A DNA stretch of 63,879 nt, the filler included, from Reticulomyxa filosa (lineage: Eukaryota > Protista > Foraminifera): assembly GCA_000512085.1 (NCBI GenBank). It is 14 parts of 14 records of this genome, joined end to end, with 100 filler letters (N's around TTAATTAATTAA, not from the genome) between each part and the next. Parts side by side here need not be neighbours in the genome. Positions count along the whole stretch, not along the records: positions 58,240 to 62,761 come from ASPP01018950.1; positions 62,862 to 63,879 come from ASPP01017749.1; 12 more parts are not named here. One strand, 5' to 3'. The notes beneath the pieces are model-generated. The model had not been told where the DNA came from. It saw nothing but the letters and a program-made list of their open reading frames with translations, and did no database searches. Of this stretch, positions 59,304-63,879 are shown one piece after another (the first letter of the stretch is position 1; each line of letters opens with the position of its first letter). Position numbers and translations under genes: made by a program.

Positions 59304-62106
59304 GTATGTGCATATATGCATAATATAATATTGTATAAACAAACCTTGGATTGATTGACGAAATCGTAAAAAAGTTGTTGAATTTGAGTAGAATCTAAAT
59401 CTGTCTTTAATTGTGGAAAAATTTGTGTTCGAAGCATTTTTTCGAAAGCATGGATATCGCTTGGCTTCTTTTTTGTCCGCATAGTCTTATGTCGGAGGAT
59501 TTCCAATAAAAATTGGTGGTTTTTTGTGGCTGACTCCCATTCCAATCTTCTTTCCTCCGGCGGTAATCGAACCATTTGGATTAAGACATTGGTGTCACAG
59601 ATTAGATATAAACAACTGTCATTATCGCTTATTACTTTTTCCTGATGCGTCTTTTGGGTGGTCTCATCTTCGATTTTTATATTGTTTATTTTTGTTTGAG
59701 TTTGCGCTTGTGGTTGTGCTTGTACTTGTGCCTGTGCTTGTGCTTGTGCTTGTGGTTCTGAATGTGATTCTGAGTGTGGTTTGGATGGTAGCTGTGTATT
59801 GCGGATGTCAGGAGGATTTGGTACTACGTCATTGTCCGGGCTTTCTTGTTTGTATTTTGGTACTTTCATTTCAAGTTCATCGGCTTCTTGTTGTTTCGCA
59901 TACGTCACTTCCGTCTCACTCTTTATTGTTTCTTCCTTTTCCTCTTTCTTTTCTTCCGTGTTTTGTTCCATGTCTGTTTTGTCATTCGCATCCAATGTCT
60001 TGTTTTCGGCGTCCTTGGTGTTGTCTGCATTGTCTTTGTTTTTGTCTTCTTCATTTTCATCACTTCCGTCATCATCGTTATCATTGTCATCTCCATCATT
60101 CTCTTTTTTGTCCTTTTCTTCTTCTTCTTCTTCTTCTTCTTCCTTTTTCTCAGTTTTTTCTTGTTCTTGTTGTTGCTGTCCTTGTGGTGGCTCGTGTTCT
60201 TGTTCTTTTTTATCTTGAAATAATGGCTCCACCTTGTGGTCGAGATTATCAACAAACGGCCTTTCCGAGAAATGATTGATTTGTTCCGTTTCACTAGCCT
60301 GGAAAATTGTACTCTCATTTGCATCTTCAATTTTATTTACACTTGCATTTGCATTTGCATTTACATTTCCATTTTCATGTTTATGTTGATGATTGTTCTC
60401 GTTTCCATTATCACCATAATCATTGTTATCCTCTTGTTCTTGTTCTTGTTCTTCTTCATATTCATCTTCATATTCATCTTCATTTATATTTGTAATAGCT
60501 CCAGTGTGATTTTGATTCGCAATAGCAGTAGTATGTGAATAATCATGTGAGCTGTAATTGCTGTCGGCGGTGAATTGAGATCGAAATTGGTACAAATGGA
60601 CCATGGGCAGATCAAAATGCCAGGTTTTGGGTATGGGAAAAGTGGGATGGACTTTGATCAAGTCATTGTCGATGAACGCGGCTTGGTCCTCGTCGTAGTC
60701 AAAGAAGCCATACTGTTTGCGCAGCATTTTAACGGGTAAATCCAAGCCTTCGTTTTTGAACGTCCGTTTGGTTTGCGACAGGATCGTGTGTATGTCTTTG
60801 TAGCATTGTCGATAGTACTCGGCCATTTCTTGCTTGGGGATACACGCCCGACTGTGGCAACAAATGGTGGAATCGGTAGAGTAGTCGTGGATGTCGTCGT
60901 TGTTGTTGTTGCTGTTATTGTTATCGTTATTGTTATTGTTGTGCGATTGTGCGTTGGGAAACATTACTTCGATGTAGTTTTCCGCAAAGCAATAGCGAAT
61001 ACCCTCAGTCTCACAATACGACAATGCCTGTTCCACGGGAATGTTGTTGTTGTCCAAAATCAGCCACAGCGGGGCCGCTTTTTGCAGGTAGTACGTGGTG
61101 TATGGGATTATCGGGTATTTCAACTTCAATTCGCTACTCGTCTCTCGAGATTTTATTCCATCCATTATATTCTTGAATCCATTCCATCCAATATTATTGT
61201 ATGACAAGCTCAGTTCATTTGGAGGGATACGTTGCTTCTTTTATGAATGAAGACAAGACACTGCAACCTTCATTATTATTATTATTATTATTATTTGTTT
61301 GAAACTTCAACAACAAATGTTTTCAAAGTAATAATAATTTTTTTTTTTTTTTTTTAAAAAAAAAACAAAAAAAAAAACAAGTAACCATTGTCGCCCAAAA
61401 AATTTCTTGAAAAATCTAGCTTTTGACAACAAAAATGATCAATGTTCTTGAGAAGGATTCGCAACCCCTTTGACGTGATTTGATTGCTGGACAGATGGAA
61501 AGATACAACAACCCACTTGATGCTCGCCTTATTTGGAAGAGCGACTTGCTTCAGTGCACCTTGCTGTTGCTGTGAACATACTTGTGAGATTTGATCGGTC
61601 AATTGCTTACACAATGCTGTCATATGCATGTCTGTGATTTCCTGGTAATTCCAATGTATGTCAAAACAACAGAATTTGTTTTGAGGGTACATTCGATAAT
61701 GCACAAAGCCGCAATCGTGATGGATGCAATCATTACTCTCGTTCATTTGTACTTTTTTTTCTTTCGACATTTCTATGTTTCGAAACGAGCTTGACAAATT
61801 CACCAATATTTTTTATGTTTTGTTTTGTTTTGTTTTTTTTTTTTAGTTTGTTGCATGTTGGAATGTTCTTAAAATTTTGACGAGTTGATTGTTCGGTAAA
61901 TATATGTACCTATAATATGCTCCATCTTCAGCAGCAGTACCTCTTCCTCGAAATGACCCTCGACCACGCCCTCGAACTCCCCTTCCTCTTCCCCTTCCCC
62001 TTCCCCTTCCTCGTCCTCTTCCTCGTCCTTGTCCTTGTCCTCGTCCTCGTCCTCTTGCCCTTCCTCTTCCTCGTCCTCGAATATAACCAGGTATGAGAGT
62101 TGACAT
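58240..62106 (-). CDS. Low-complexity N-terminus + RNI-like LRRs + acidic linker + PIN (Swt1/SMG6-like) ribonuclease domain protein, multi-exon, 3' truncated
   Basis: LRRs FHLSSNQITSKGLRILL, LDFSRNFLGDNG, LSLSYNNIGWNGF and LILDNNNI; PIN motifs LICDTNVLI, LIVPYTVTQELEYIK and LLTLDNNMYTLAVSRGVPVVSL. Confidence 0.7.
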
Positions 62107-62404
62107 TGATTATTATATGAGTAGCCCGAATGAGTTTTTTTCTTCATTTCGAAAATGCCCCCTTCTACCCTTTGACACAAAAAAAAGAAAGCATTGGAAA
62201 TGCTTGTGTTAGTCAATTAAGAGTATTAAAAAAAAATCGGTAAACAACTAATCCAACTGTTTTATCATTTTTTTTTTTTTAAATCTAGTATATAATTTTT
62301 TTTTGAAATTATTGATCTGATTTGAAAAAGGGACGAACGTGAATGAACAATGACTATTGTGAAGAGGTCTTCCAAAGGCGTAAATCCATGTACAACAAAG
62401 CTGC

Positions 62405-62723
62405 CTAAGTGTCGTATTTGATTTCGGTGGTTGAGCTATCATTGTCACTTTCCTCCAAGTCATCTGCAGTTTTATCGGAAATGCGAATAGTTTCAGCACA
62501 ATAGGACCGACAGATGGGGCATTTTGTGGATTTTTTTAACAATTGAACGGCGCATTCATGGCACATACACAAGTGGCGACATGGAAGTAGCGCAGTATTT
62601 CGAGGTTGAATCATGCAAATGACACATAAATTTTCTTCGCCAGAAAAAGGATCTTTAGCACAATCCAAGCCAAAGATATCCTGTGATTGATACGTGCGAC
62701 CTCGAATCTTTGATAATATATGC

Positions 62724-62725
<2 letters not shown>
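62405..62725 (-). CDS. RING-HC (C3HC4_3) E3 ligase last exon, MGRN1/RNF157/LOG2-like
   Basis: RTYQSQDIFGL...CVICMIQPRNTALLPCRHLCMCHECAVQL...CPICRS. Confidence 0.85.
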
Positions 62726-62761
<36 letters not shown>

Positions 62762-63879
62762 NNNNNNNNNNNNNNNNNNNNNNNNNNNNNNNNNNNNNNN
62801 NNNNNTTAATTAATTAANNNNNNNNNNNNNNNNNNNNNNNNNNNNNNNNNNNNNNNNNNNNTGTGGCTCCAATTTTTTTTAAATTTAAAAAAAAAAAAAA
62901 AAAAAGGATACAATAAAAACTCTCGAAGTTCACCTCGTCAATTTTGTGTGTATTATAACTCGGTGGTCGGCTGTTTTAAGCCTAACTGTCCCTTTAGTCA
63001 CATAAGTCCAGCGATTTGTCTCACCATTTACAGCACACCGACGAATCTAATCGACACAAATGCACTCAAGCAATTGGTTTCAAGTTTTGTACAAATCCTT
63101 TTGTTTTGTTTTTTTTGTGAAGTTGAGGACTACAAAGAACACAAACGTGGGAGGGGGGGGGGGGACTATTGGTAACTCAATGGCAACCAATGTAAATAGG
63201 CTGCGTACACGACCCCAACGAATTTTTTCACATTCACGTCCACGAGGAGCAAGTTGATTGCTTCACCTTGGAGTTCTGCACAACCATAGTTTTGTAAAGT
63301 ATACATATATCTGTACTTTATTAATTTAAAAAAAAAAGGGAATTACTTTTGCAATTACGTATATCTGTCATTTGAAATAACAAAGTTTGGAACAAATGAA
63401 TGTCCAAAGATATAGGACTGATAACAACAATAACAGTAAGGATATACAAAACACGAACAAACAGATTCGTGACCTTGCGTTGAATCGTTTGCAACAAGTA
63501 CTTACAGATGCACATTTGACGAAAGATTCTCCAAAAGAAGCGCAATTGCAATTGAGTTTTGAGAAAAAAAAAAAAAAAAAAAAAGGAGAACTTCACCTCT
63601 ATTTTTTTTTTTTTTTTTTTTTTTGAATTAATAAATTTTGTGCTTTTTGGCACTCTCAAATTTGTTACACCCCAAAACGATACCAACTCAAATCGACCCA
63701 ATTGTAATGTATGCAATTGTGTAGAGAACAGCGAGCCGTTCCAAAATAAAGAGCTAAATGTGAAGAATAGCCTCTCTGCTCGCTGGGTATGTATATGTAT
63801 GTCCTCTTGCTATTCGTTGTGTTTCCTTACACGTTGATGCGAAATTGCAAAACAAACTCTATTTTTTTTTTTTTTTTTT

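Noticed and set aside
2545-62861. Regularly recurring TTAATTAATTAA motif as a biological repeat or CRISPR-like array
   Set aside because: It is always embedded in N-runs of identical length, so it is an artificial six-frame-stop linker. Gene neighbourhoods across it are meaningless.

Overview
This window is not contiguous DNA. It is 14 short contigs joined by 13 artificial 100-nt linkers (N-run, TTAATTAATTAA, N-run), so adjacency across a linker carries no biological meaning. Thirteen contigs look like an AT-rich, intron-containing, pseudogene-rich protist genome. The expanded WD40, Kelch and HEAT families resemble those I recall from the foraminiferan Reticulomyxa filosa, but that organism call is an inference. 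Recognisable host genes are POLD1, NOP14, a multi-RPEL coiled-coil protein, a Nup98/96 autopeptidase, an ankyrin protein, an MGRN1-like RING and an LRR-PIN protein. There are also decayed gene fragments (TM9SF, carboxylesterase, ALDH6A1, TLDc) and mobile elements (APE-RT LINE pieces, a LINE ORF1, a CRE-like RT, and Tc1 elements, one nested in a LINE). Three results stand out. (1) A decayed but motif-complete geminivirus-like CRESS Rep (HUH endonuclease plus SF3 helicase) at about 3790-4753 is missed by the ORF track. It has a long Asn/Asp-rich N-terminal extension and no capsid gene nearby. (2) A candidate modular innate-immunity or conflict repertoire is present: an ADP-ribosyltransferase-Kelch-WD40 fusion, a stand-alone copy of the same Kelch module, and a HET-E-like pentapeptide plus 16xWD40 receptor tail with hypervariable surface positions. 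(3) One contig is bacterial and carries a complete PARIS-type (AriA/AriB) anti-phage operon. All calls come from reading motifs by eye; no database searches were run.
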